Below are positions 1 to 12,856 of a stretch of 64,000 bases of DNA, piece by piece (positions within the stretch are counted from its first letter, which is position 1; every line of letters starts with the position of its first letter). The stretch lies in the NCBI GenBank assembly GCA_017499595.2, contig CM039000.1:992001-1056000 (forward strand), written 5' to 3'. The position numbers and the translations under genes were made by a program. The stretch comes from Psilocybe cubensis (Eukaryota). The notes under the pieces are model-generated. The model saw only the letters and a list, made by a program, of their open reading frames with translations, was not told where the DNA came from and made no database searches.

Positions 1-493
1 AGTTGAACGCTTATTTGATTATAACGTCCCTTCCAAGTGCATCGCGAGCTGCCCAGATTCGTATTGACCATGATATTCTTGGGTTGGGAGTCTTACTTGG
101 GACCTGACGTGCATATGGGTACGACGTGGTCTTTGCGGCAGATGGTACACAAGGAGGAATTAAGTCGCCAAAGCTGACAGGGTCTTCTCGGTACATCAAG
201 TACCCCCGCGAGAGAAAAAATGGGTGTAAGAGCAGCCAGATACGCTTTACGTAGATTAAATCCTCGAAAAAGGTTTCTTCGCTCTTGTGATACCAGTCCT
301 CAAGTGACTTTGGAAAGGAAGTTCGTGTATTGATCCAAGCCAGGCGCCATGTCCAAACCAGACTCTCCCAACCAGAGTCGAGCTTGGTGAATCTGACTTG
401 TACACGTTTGGTGGTCACTACGATCAAGGCAGGAAGGAAAACAACAAAAGCCAAAGTAATGATATCCATGGAGAGAGGAACAAAGGCGAACAT
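1..493 (-). pseudogene. Membrane-anchored atypical (AgaK1-like) kinase copy A, exon 1 only in window; first splice donor appears mutated
   Basis: ORF 11-493 aligns with exon 1 of the paralogs (hydrophobic N-terminus, WESLVWTWRL, FFLSRGY, WAARDALGRDVIIK). Where the paralogs read AA|GT(A/G)AG it reads AA|ATAAGC, giving an in-frame TAA. Confidence 0.6.
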
Positions 494-863
494 TTGAACA
501 TTGATATTACATAAAGCCTATATTCAGAGTGGAGGCAACTAACGGCATAATGACAACTATGATTTTCCGGCGTGAGAAGATACGCATTAACACCAAGGGC
601 ACAGGTAGCCTGGACTGTGTGTGTATCACATATATGTGGCTCAACACCAATTCGTAGATAATCTCCATGAAATCTGCTTCGAGATTTACATCATAGTATT
701 GTTAGGGTGTTTTGTTCCGCATCTTATACCTTATTACAACTGAGCGCCGTCACGGTGGCAGGGGATTCCTGTCGTTTGCAAAAAAAATCATAGATTCAAC
801 CAAAAAAATTACAAGGCAACATCATTGATTCATCTCAGAACAGTCGTGCACTCAAAAATCGAG

Positions 864-2355
864 CTACTCAGTAATTGTTATAACATCCCCATCTTTCTTG
901 TAGACAACACCGCCTTAGAAAACTACGTGAGCTTGAAGAATAAAATTAGCATTTCATCACATACCTCGGCACCAAATGAAACCGTCAAAGGATGCACTAG
1001 CCACCTCGGGGCTAAGATTATTGGATATCTCTGTAAAGCGAGCCAGTGCCTGGCTTGCTGAAGGCTGATTGGGGTCATTGATGTCAATTAAGGAGTCAAA
1101 GAATGGCCCAAGCTCTGGAATTTTACTTTCGAGGTGCTGAAGCGTAGATTATCTATCAGAAATCTGGACGGCATTAATCACGGCAAGGAAACTCACCCTA
1201 ACATATGTTTGAAGACATGTGCCCATGAATGCAACATCCACTCGAAATGGGTTGTATGGGTAAGTAATTGATTCCTTCGGTATGTAATGCCGGTCAAAGC
1301 TGAGAACGTGGTCCATACGCGCCTCTTCAATGACAGTGTCCTCAGGAAAAATGACAGCAGCATCAAAGTCAAAGAGGGCATAGCGAACTTCTTTTGGATC
1401 CCGTACTCCTGTCCTGCGATCTATTTCCGCAGTGGTCATAACAGCATTCATCCCCATATTTTGTGCAAGGCAGTCTAGATGTACAATCCTGTTGCGGTGT
1501 AAAAAATCAAAAGCCTATTTTGAGCTGTTCAGTAGATGTCTCAACGCGATCAGCGTGTTGTTACCTCGAGGATTATCTTGGTGAAATGCATAAGCTCGGA
1601 AACATTGGCAAATTCAGGAAAGATAGCACTATCCCATCTTTACAACATGAATATGAGCGCGACCCGATGATCAGAAACATTAGCGCCTACCTGGGCATCA
1701 CCACAAATACAAATTTGTCGAAAGTAATGTATTCGATGGCGTAGATGGTATGGTTAGCGGGGTCGGATCGCAGCCTTTTGCTGTTAAGCAGTTGCATGAC
1801 CTTCAGCTCATTTGACGGGTTGTCGACTTCAGATATCACCCTGAAAATATGAAAGGTGATCAACAAGTGGGGTAAACTCGATGGATACACTTACTTGATT
1901 ATAACATCTCTTCCAAGTGCATCGCGAGCTGCCCATATACGTGGTGCCCATACAGCCCTCGGGATGGGAGTCTTGCTTGGGAGTTGACGAGAATAAGGGT
2001 ACGAAGTAGCTTTTGCTGCGGGTGGAAATGGAGGAGGGTTTAGATTTCCCAGGCCGACGGGATCTTGTTGATACATCGCATAACCTCGCGAAACGAAGAA
2101 CGGGAGCACGAACATCCAGCAACTATGAATGTAGATAAAATCACCATGTGAATCTTCGAGATTCTTCAAATTCCAGTCCTCGAGAGCTTCTGGAAATATG
2201 ATGTTCGACCTCATGAGACGCCACGTCCAAAGAAGACTCTCGTATTTGGACTCGAGCTTGATGATTCGTGGGTACCTTTTGTAGTGGTAAACATAGAGCA
2301 CTGGCAACGATAGGATGACTGCAAAAATGATGGTAAGGGTGGGTAAGAATGGCAT
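864..2355 (-). CDS. Membrane-anchored atypical (AgaK1-like) protein kinase copy B, 6 exons
   Basis: Spliced by eye: N-terminal TM, VIIK lysine, IVHLDCLAQN catalytic loop, LFDFD, YNPFRVDV; same intron positions as copies C and D; stop TAG at 864-866. Confidence 0.75.
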
Positions 2356-2681
2356 TTTAATTAGGTGCCACAGATCAAGAGTATGCCGCGAGTAATCTGG
2401 GGGTAAGGATCGTCAATGAGTTGAAATTTCTTGAGATTCTGGCAGTGGCTGTCAATGGTGATGATTTACGAGTAAAAGTAAATCAGAGAGAAATTTAAAA
2501 GCTGGTAATATTTCAGAGATTAAACTGATGTCGAGGCAGAGGCCTGGGAGCCGGGGTTTGGTCGGAGTCAAGTTCAAGCCCTTACATAAGTATATTGTAG
2601 TCTGCCTCGTTACGCAACAACTTGGCAATGGGGCTTAGATGGGATATGTGGTCTGACTACTAAGAGAAACTACAGAAGGGC

Positions 2682-4198
2682 TCAGTCCTGCTCAGTCACT
2701 GTAATGGGTTGTCGTTGTTTCTTTTTGATGATGCCACCTAGGGTTTCCAGATTAGCATGAAAGTGCATTTAATGTATCCTCAAGAACTCACCTGGTCTCC
2801 AAGTCCAAGTATCAAATGACGATGAAGCAATTTCGGGACTGAGCCCGTCACATATTTCTTTGAATCGAGCGAAGGCTTGACTAGCTGTCAACTGATTAGG
2901 GTCATTCAAGTCAACCACCGAATCGAAGAACGGCCCGAGTTCAGGAATAAGGTGTTCAAGATGCTTTGGACAACGAATAATCAGAGAAAATTACGGCACA
3001 TAGGGCATTGCAAGTAAACTCACCCTGACATATAACTGAAGAGAGCTTGCTAGCATCGCTAAATCCGCCTTGAAGGGATTATATGGGTAGATGACCCAGT
3101 TGTCGGGTATATAGTGTACAAACCACGAATTATAGCGTATCATGCGTACGTCCTCTATGATCGTATCCTCGGGGAAAGCTATGGAGAAACCAAAGTCCAG
3201 GAGGGCATACCTCACTTCTTTTGGATCTCGCAATCCTGTTCTACGAAACAATTCCCTATGTTGAAGAATCACGTTCATACCAGTATTTTGCATAACAAAA
3301 TCCAGATGCACAATTTTGTTCCGATGTAGAAAGTCAAATGTCTGGTATCACTCATAGTAAGATACAACCACAATGGCCGACAATATGGCTGCGCCTACCT
3401 GAAGCCATATCAGCGCAAATGACATTAGCTGAGAGACGGTTTCAAACTCAGGGAACAAGGAAGAATCCCATCTAAAAGGCCATGTTCAAACCGATTAAAT
3501 ACATGAACTAATCATATCACGTACCTAGGCATTACCACAAAGACGAACTTGTCGAACGTGATATATTCTAGCGCGTAGATGGTGTTGTTCGCTGGATCCG
3601 CTCGAAGTCTTTTACTGTTAAGGCGCTGGAACACCCTCAGCTCTTGTGTTGGCTTGTCTGTTTCAGATATAACCCTGAAATAGAATAATTCCAATCGATT
3701 AGATCATGAATATGTTTGTTTGGTAGGTGCTCACTTGATAACAACCTCTCTTCCAAGTGCATCACGAGCAGCCCAAACACGAGGCGACCAGGACCACTTT
3801 GGGTCCGGATCATTGCTGCGAATGTGACGGGCATAAGGATATGACGCATCCTTTGCTTGAGGCGGCCAGGGAGCAGCGACTATATCACCCACCCAGTCTG
3901 GTTTTGGATGTTTTTGATAGAGAGTGTAGCCCCGCGAAGCGAAGAAAGGGCGGAGAAACAGCCAGAACTCTTTTATAGTGAATATCTTACCCAGCATAGA
4001 ATCCGAGTCGTTGGTTTTGTAGTACCAATCTTCAAGCTTCTCTGCAAAATGTAATTTCGACCTTCTGAGGCGCCAGGTCCAAAGCAGGCTTTCCCAACGC
4101 GAGTCGAGTTTGATAACTTTAATTGGAGTCCTTCTGAAGGTCACAAGTACCAAGGTAGACAGCATAATTGCAGCAATGGTAGAAATGATAGCAGACAT
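2682..4198 (-). CDS. Membrane-anchored atypical (AgaK1-like) protein kinase copy C, 6 exons
   Basis: ATG at 4198 (MSAIIST...), VVIK, IVHLDFVMQN, LLDFG, YNPFKADL; canonical splice sites; TGA at 2682-2684. Confidence 0.78.
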
Positions 4199-4567
4199 CG
4201 TTCGATTCAAACTTGATGAAAGCTGGGAGGTGTTGCGTTTCTCCCCGGATTTACCTTGTAAACTTTCACCTACCGCGGATCAGTTAGATATACAAATCCC
4301 ACTATTCTTAGAACACAGTAGATACCTCAGCGTAGAAAGGTGAGAAACACTCACCCGTGCGTCTTAAGATTTCAAAAAAAAGCACGAAGTCGCAACGAAG
4401 TCGGTGTTTGTGAAGGAAACATCCAAATTAGGAAGGAAGATAACAAAGCCAAACATCACTTCTGCCAGTCCTCGCAACTCGTCCTCAACGCCGCTGCCTG
4501 CTCCCGAATTTGCTTCACCGCTGTGCGAATTATACAAAAGACTCAACTACATTGATACCACAGTCTT

Positions 4568-7500
4568 ATGGGAGACGAATACCCCAGCTTGCTCCGTGAG
4601 TACAATGACACCTATGACGATATAAAGCGGACTACTAAAACTGGCGGAAGGTTCGGAGCAGATGAGCTTGGTGCAGCTTTTCGTGCCGACTGAAGTTGCC
4701 CACGACACCGTTGCAGAGCTCGGAGAATTAGGAGATGTACAGTTCAAAGATGTAAGCTCAAAGTCTCTGGGTGCACGATATACTCTGTACTCATGCCATT
4801 GTCGTACCATTGTGCTAGTTGAACCCGAATGTCAACCCTTTCCAGCGGTCGTTTGTTGGCGAAATCCGACGAATCGAGGATATGGGCCGTCGTGTTCGAT
4901 TTTTCGCGGCACAGATTGCGAAAGAGAAGGACGTGGTGCCTATTCGTTCGTTGTATGACTCGCCCCCTCTCGTCACCGTCGGCCCCCGTGCTGCGCAGGC
5001 GATTGATGAGCTCGACACGACTTTGGCCGAACATGAGAAGAGGCTAGTTAAGATGAATGAAAGTTACGAGACGTTAAGTGAGAGGGCGAAGGAGCTGATT
5101 GAGGCACGACATGTGTTGAGGGAGACGGCCGTGTTTTTCGACAAGGTGAGTTTGCTGCGGCTAATATATGCGCTTTTATTCAATGTATTTTATAGGCCCA
5201 GGGTCACCAAACGGATATCCGCTCCTCTTTCGATGACAGTGTTACCCCTTTGCTTCAAGACGACCATGAAGCTGCCATTTCTCACTCCAATATGCAATTT
5301 GACCTTGAGTTAGTGTTGTTCAGTAAAAACAGAAGTCAATATATGCTGACGTTTTGTTATAGGTTTGTTGCTGGAACTATTGAACGTTCCCGGATGCCGA
5401 CTTTTGAGCGTGTGCTCTGGCGTGTTCTCCGCGGTAACCTTTATATGAACCACACGGACATCCCTGAGCCCTTCGTCGACCCTGCTACTGGAAATGAAAT
5501 CCGCAAAAATGTGTTCATCATCTTTGCACACGGAGATACTCTGCTCGCCAAGATTCGCAAAGTTGCTGAGTCTATGGGAGGCACTCTTTATCCCATTGAC
5601 CCGAACGCGGACAAGCGGTCCGAGTCTCTTCGTGAAGTTTCCAACCGCCTCGAAGATACACAGACGGTCCTTTACAACACTGGATTGAATAGGCGTTCAG
5701 AGTTGATGACAATCGGCCAGAGTCTCCGCAGTTGGCAAGATGTTGTGAAAAAAGAAAAGATGATCTATGAAACCTTGAATCTTTTCAACTACGATGTCCG
5801 TAGGAAGACGTTGATTGCAGAAGGATGGGTTCCCACTAGAGACATTACCCAAATCCAACTGGCCCTGCGTTCCGCGACCGTTAGTGTCTCCGTTACATCT
5901 CAGAGATTGAAGATTAACACACAGTTTTTAGGAGGGTGCAGGAACAAGTGTTCCTCCTATCTTGCACGTGTTGACCACGCACAAGACGCCGCCTACTTTC
6001 CACCGGACTAACAAGTTTACTGAAGGTTATCAGACTATTATGGATGCCTATGGTATTTCAGCATACCAAGAGGTCAACCCCGGATTGTTCGCTATCATCA
6101 CATTCCCCTTCCTGTTCGCCGTCATGTTCGGTGATATTGGCCACGGAACGATTATCTTCCTTGCAGCTCTGTATATGATTCTCTCAGAAAGGAAGATGGC
6201 CAAAGCCGATCTCGGAGAAGTACGTCGCCGTCTATTCTAAACAGGCACAGCATATACTAACATTGTCTATTTACAGATTATTGGACAATTCTTCTAGTAA
6301 GTGACTTTGAGGTAATCCGGTATCAACACATCCGCTAATCACGATTTTGAAACAGCGGGCGATACATCATCTTGTTGATGGGCGTCTTCTCTATTTATAC
6401 CGGTCTTATCTACAACGATATATTTTCGAAGACACTCCATCTGTGGCATTCTGCGTGGTCGTTTGATGACACGAACTCGACAGTCGTGTCAGGAGTCCTC
6501 GGCGACCATCGGTACCCTTTCGGTTTGGACCCTGGATGGCATGGTGCCGATAACGCACTCGTGTTCACGAACTCGTACAAGATGAAAATGTCAATTGTGT
6601 TAGGCGTGATTCACGTAAGTATTTTGGACGTAAATTAGCATGAGATAATTAACATGTTTCTGTAGATGACATTCGCGCTGTGCTTGCAAGTACCAAATCA
6701 CTTCAAGTTTAAACGTTATTCGGACCTGTACACGAATTTCATTCCGCAAATGATTTTCCTACAGTCTATTTTCGGTTATCTAGTTGTTTGCATCTTGTAC
6801 AAGTGGTCGATTGATTGGTCGAAAGCGACAACGCAGCCTCCGTCGCTTTTGAACATGTTGATCACGATGTTCTTGCAACCAGGGACGGTTGAGGCGAGCA
6901 CCCAATTATACCGTGGTCAGGGAACGGTGCAAGTGATATTGTTGTTGTTGGCCTTGGTATGTGTGCCCTGGTTATTACTTACGAAACCGTATCTCGCCTG
7001 GAAAGAAATGCACAAAATCCAAGGTCAGGGCTACATGTCTATCGGCCACGACGGAGGCGCGTTGGATGATGTTCATCCCAATACCGCAGGTGTCCGGCTT
7101 GAAGATGAGGAAGAAGGACAAGCGATGATACAAGACGGGGACGGGGAGGAAGTAAGCTTTCTTAGCTCATGGCGTCAAATATATTTTTCTCACATGTTTT
7201 TGACAGGAACATCATGATTTTGGAGAGGTGGTTGTGCACCAGGTCATCCACACCATCGAATTTTGCCTCGGTTGTATTTCGCATACGGCTTCGTACCTGC
7301 GTCTGTGGGCTCTGTCCCTTGCACATGCGCAGCTCTCGGAAGTTCTTTGGAGCATGACCCTGGAGAGATTCCTCGGGCCGACATCGATTTTCGGATGGAT
7401 TATGCTGATCATTATGGGCTGTTTCTGGTTTGTACTGACTGTGGGCATCTTGTGTGTGATGGAGGTGCGTATGAAGCCATGTTTAGATCAAGAGCCTAAA

Positions 7501-7712
7501 CTGATGAACATGGATCTTCTGTGATCAGGGACTATCGGCGTTCTTACATGCACTCCGGTTGCATTGGGTGGAAGCCAACAGTAAGCATTTCGAAGGCGGG
7601 GGACATGTAAGTTGCCACGTTTCCAAGATGAGCCCGGCCGTGACTGATACGATCGGGATATGCACAGGCATTCACTCCACTCAGTTTTGCGAGTCAGGAG
7701 GCAGAGAAATGA
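4568..7712 (+). CDS. VPH1: V-type H+-ATPase V0 subunit a
   Basis: Spliced [20 protein letters not shown]..., [52 protein letters not shown]; multi-exon. Confidence 0.95.
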
Positions 7713-8289
7713 AGCGGGAATGCTCCGCGGTCTCGCTGGCAAGTGGGTTGGGGGTCCGTCGCTTATAAGCATTGTATGTAGATAGCGCGAATGTTATTAG
7801 CAGCTTGCACACTGCCCGGAACAGTCTGGGGTACCCCGCATCTCCGTCCAGAGCGCCACCAGGTCCAGAGGGTGTTGCTGTGACCAAGTGACAGTCACGC
7901 CGAGGTGATCTAACATATCCCGATATGGAAAGACCGATCTCTGCACAATTTTTTCAAACTCCGAGAATGGAGAGTTATAAGTATGGCGTTGCGTTTTTGT
8001 TCCTTTTTCTCCACCTCCCATCTTTTCCTTCTATCTTTCCCCTTCCCTCCATTCATAGAGGTCAGTCACCCTTGTTCTCCTTCATATCATTGTCTTCCGT
8101 GCTTATATTGTCCCTGTCCAGGCAATTTTTGCCACCGCATAGAATTAGAGCGTCCTCTTTGTTTCTTGCCAGCCTTTGCCAGCCATTAACGACTTAGACA
8201 ACTCTTCGATTATATCCCCACAAAAGGTGCGTTCATTGACCCCGTTGCTCTCCAATATCGCTTATTTTTTCGTGTTCTAGATATTAGAA

Positions 8290-11200
8290 ATGCCCGCCGC
8301 TGTTGCCTCCGCTGCCGCCGCCTCCACCCCCGCCTCCCTCAAAGCCGCTGTTGCTCCCATCGAGGGCCAGCTGGACATCACCGGTCTCTTCCAGGCCGAC
8401 AAGTCCACCCGCGAAGCTGCTGCCAAGTCTCTGGCCGCTATCGCCCAAAAAGACGGCCCCTCCGCCCTGACTTCCCTCAAATTTGGCGATGCTATCGTCA
8501 AGGCTATTGCCGACAAAAAATCCCCTGCCGCCCGTGAGGGCGCTGCGGATGCCATCTCCGCCCTTGTTAAGAACGGCGCTGTCAAGTCTTTGGAGCCAAT
8601 CTTCATCGACTCTGGCATCTACAATGCCCTCCTCGAGACCTTTGCCGACAAAATGCCCGCTGTCAGGACAGCTGCTGTTGAGGCCGTGCGTCTTTACATT
8701 TCCGCCATGAACCCCTGGGCTACTTCCCTCATCCTCCCCGCCCTTCTTCACGAGATCAAGACCGCCGGTAAATGGCAGGTCAAGATGGGCTCTCTCGTCG
8801 CTCTCGACCAGCTCGTTGTCAGCGCCCCCGTCCAGACCGCCCGCCTTATGCCCGACATCGTCCCCGTTCTCTCTGAGGCGATTTGGGATACCAAGGCCGA
8901 TGTGAAGAAGGCTGCTCGTGAATCGCTGACCAAGGCCACCGCTCTGGTGTCAAACAAGGACATTGAACGCTTTATTCCTGCTCTTATTAAGGCTCTTATT
9001 AATCCCGTTGAGGAGGTCCCTGGTACCATCGCCCTCCTCTCGGCCACCACATTCGTTTCTGAAGTAGATTCGCCTACCCTCTCCCTCATGGTCCCCCTGC
9101 TCTCCCGTGGTCTTTCTGAGAAGCTTACCGCCACCAAGCGCAAGGTCGCTGTGTACGTTGATTTTTTTTTTGCTCCGTGACAGCGGGTAATCTTACTAAT
9201 ATTCTAATTTTAGCATTGCTGACAACATGGCTAAGCTCGTCGACTCCCACGTCACTGTCCGACCTTTCATCCCTAAACTCCTTCCCGGATTCATCAAGGT
9301 CGAGGGCACCATCGGTGACCCCGAAGCGCGCAGTGTCGTCGCTCGCGCCATCGCCACCCTCCGTCAAGTTGGACAGGTTCCCGCTGACAGCGATGGTTCA
9401 GATCTCCCTCCTCTTCACCACGCTGACGAGAAGCAGCTCGCCCACTCCCTCATTGCCATCTACAAGAAGCTCGGCACTACCATCTCTGCTGGCAATGTCG
9501 ACACCATGTACGCTTCTTCCCTGGCTGCCAATCTCGTGAACGCCAAGAACTTTGATGTTCCCGAGTGGGATGGCCTTGCTCCTTACCTCGCCTTCGTCGC
9601 CTCCACCCCCGACCCCATTACTGTCGCTCGCGAGTGGGTTGTCCGTTCCGCCACCGAAGGAACTGATGACGGCGAAGTCCCTGAGGATGAGGAGGAGGGC
9701 GAGGACCTTTGCAACTGCCAGTTCTCCCTGGCTTATGGTGCTAAGATCTTGCTCAACACCGCCACCCTCCGTCTCAAGCGTGGACACCGCTACGGTCTCT
9801 GCGGTAAGAACGGTACCGGAAAGTCGACCCTCATGCGCGCCATCACCAACGGCCAGGTCGAGGGCTTCCCCTCCCCTGATGAGGTCCGCACTTTCTACGT
9901 CGAGCACGATATCGACGGCTCCGAGGAGGAGACCTCTGTCCTCCAGTTCATCCTCGACGACAAGCGTGTTGAGGTCAGCCGTGAGGAGATCGTCGAGACC
10001 CTCGCCTCTGTCGGATTCTCCGATGAGCGCCAGAAGCACGCCATTGGCAGTCTTTCTGGTGGTTGGAAGATGAAGCTCGCCCTTGCTCGTGCCATGCTGT
10101 TCAAGGCCGACATTCTCCTTCTCGATGAGCCCACTAACCATTTGGATGTCGTCAACGTCGCCTGGTTGGAGAACTACCTCACCAACCTCAAGACCTGCAC
10201 TTCCAGTAAGTTTGCTTTTTATGGTATGATCTTTGAAAATTTTCTAATCCTTTATTCTTTAGTCATTGTGTCTCACGACTCTGGCTTCCTTAACAACACC
10301 ATCACTGACGTTCTCCACTTGAACCGCTTCAAGCTCAAGAGGTACCGTGGTAACCTCGAGAAGTTCGTCCAGCAGGTGCCTGAGGCTAAGTCCTACTACA
10401 CTTTTGAGGCTGCCGAGGACTACAAGTTCAAGCTTCCCGACCCCCCTCTCCTTGAGGGTGTCAAGACCAAGGAGAAGTCCCTCCTCAAGATGTTCGTCTC
10501 TTTTTTTTTCTTTTTCAATTTTATCGCATGCTGACATTCTTATCTCTTCAGGCGTCAAGTTGGATTCCAATACCCAACTCAGCCCGTCCAACAGCTCTAT
10601 GACATCACCCTCCAAGTTTCCCTCTCCTCCCGTGTTGCCGTCCTTGGTCCCAACGGTTCCGGAAAGTCAACCCTCGTCAAGCTCCTCATCGGCGACATGG
10701 AGCCCAACAAGGGTGGTGAGATCTGGAAGCACCCTAACTTGGTCATTGGTTACGTTGCCCAGCACGCTTTCCACCACATTGACCAGCATCTCGACAAGAC
10801 TCCTCTCGAGTACATGCTTTGGCGTTACCAGACCGGAGAGGATCTCGAGGAGATGATGAAGGCTAACCGCGTCATCACCGAGGAGGAACAGGCCAAGATG
10901 AAGGAGGGTGCCAACATCGTCGTCGAGGGTCAGAAGCGCATCATCGACGAGATCATCAACCGTAAGAAGCTTAAGCAGTCTTACGAGTACGAGGTCTCGT
11001 TCAAGGGTCTCTCCTCGTCCGAGAACATCTGGATTCCCCGTGATGACCTCATCAAGCGCGGTTTCGAGAAGGTGTGTTTGTTTTGTTATTACTTTACATC
11101 CTTTGATACTGACATACCTTTTCTCTTTTTCAGAAAGTCCTCGAGGTCGATACCCGTGAGGCTCAGCGCGCCGGTATGTTGCGCCCTCTCGTCCGTCGCG

Positions 11201-11761
11201 AGATCGAGAAGCACTTCGCCGACTTCGGTCTCGAGGCCGAGTTCGTCTCCCACAACACCATGAGGGGTCTCTCTGGTGGTCAGAAGGTCAAGATCGTCCT
11301 CGGTGCTGCTACTTGGCGTCGTCCCCACGTTATCTGCCTTGACGAACCCACTAGTACGTTTTCTCTTTTTTTATATTTTACGATACATGTCTCATGTCTT
11401 CCTTTCAGACTACCTCGATCGTGAGTCGCTCGCTGCCCTCATCGAGGCCCTCAAGGTCTTCGAGGGAGGTGTCCTCGTCATTACCCACAACAGGGACTTC
11501 TCCGAATCCATCTGCAAGGAAGTCTGGGCTATGCGCGATGGTCGTCTCGAGGCTTCCGGCCACAACTGGGTTGAGGGACAGGGCTCTGGTCCCCGCATCG
11601 ACAAGGCTGCTGGTGAGGAGGAGGACCAGTACGACGCTATGGGTAACAAGATCGACAGTAAGAAGACGAAGAAGCTTACTTCTTCTGAGGCTCGTAAGCT
11701 GAAGAAGGAGCGTATGGCCCGCAAGAAGAGGGGCGAGGAAATCACCGATGATGAGCTCTGA
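8290..11761 (+). CDS. YEF3: Fungal translation elongation factor 3 (HEAT repeats + two ABC domains)
   Basis: [49 protein letters not shown], basic C-terminal tail; strong C-ending codon bias; probable 5'-UTR intron 8227-8280. Confidence 0.95.
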
Positions 11762-12856
11762 GCGATTCACCCTGTCTCTCACCTTATTATTGTATAGATA
11801 TCATTGGTTCATTCTCCTCTTCCTCTCGTCATCGCTTTTCTCTTTGTCTTCCATTCCTCATGCACGATCGACTTTATGACCTGTCTCTATTAGGTGTTAC
11901 TATAGCTGTCCTCTCTATGCTCCATACCATGCCTCTCTTCTCTTTGCTGTCTGTACATTCGAGTAATTTTTTATTATATGGCAATCTACTTCTTTTCTCT
12001 TGTATTTCTATGTGTGACTGCCCCTCTCATCTTCATTGTAAGATTGTGTTGGGCTGAACATGTTAAAATGTGTGGTGTAGTGACTTACAGTGAGTTCTTT
12101 CTTAACGTTTGGGACCTATGGATTTGATAGAACATCGACAGTGATTGGATCTGACGGAGATTAATTCGATGACACTGATTGCAATTACCCGGGCCCCGCA
12201 TCCTGCTGGACGCCATCAGAAGGCATCAGAAGGCCCAAACGTATCGCAAAGGTTGTGAACCTCAAGCTTCAAGCAGAACAAACGAACGGTGACAATTCAC
12301 AAGTAGGAAAGCATATGTGAAGACCTTAGAGACTGTCCTGAACACCGCGACGAAACAATCGGACTTGGTTGAACGTGGAAAAAGGAAATTCTTCCACGAC
12401 AGACAAAGAAGCTATGCGATTTGTTGACCTGGACGTGATGGATAGGAGTGTTTACGAAGGCGGGCTTGTTGTCATTGGAAAGTCAATTGTAAAGAAGGTT
12501 TTCGAGTAGGTAAGTCGGGTTTTTTTGAAAAAGGCGACTTTTGGTTTTTTTGAATTGGTTTTTTTGGTTCGTTTTCTGTCAGATATCAAGCCGATGAGGA
12601 GATAATAGGCGTAAACGGGGTTTTTTTACTGCAGCGCAGTGCGTCAAGGTGTGTCAATCAAAGTTTGTTTCTTGTCTTGTCCATGGTCTAAATTCACTGG
12701 GCTACCTTAAAAGCTTAATGAATCACGTTTTCGAAACGACGCGTTGTGATTATCTAACACGCGCTGGGACTTTTATAATGGGTGGCCTCAAGGCGACATG
12801 CTGGTCTTATCATCATCCCCTCTGCCACCGTCCAACTCGTCCCTCACCAATACAGG

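Noticed and set aside
9398-10141. Long antisense ORFs over eEF3 (similar ones over CWC22, HMG and the Cys-rich gene)
   Set aside because: Expected shadow of strong codon bias and GC-rich coding sequence.
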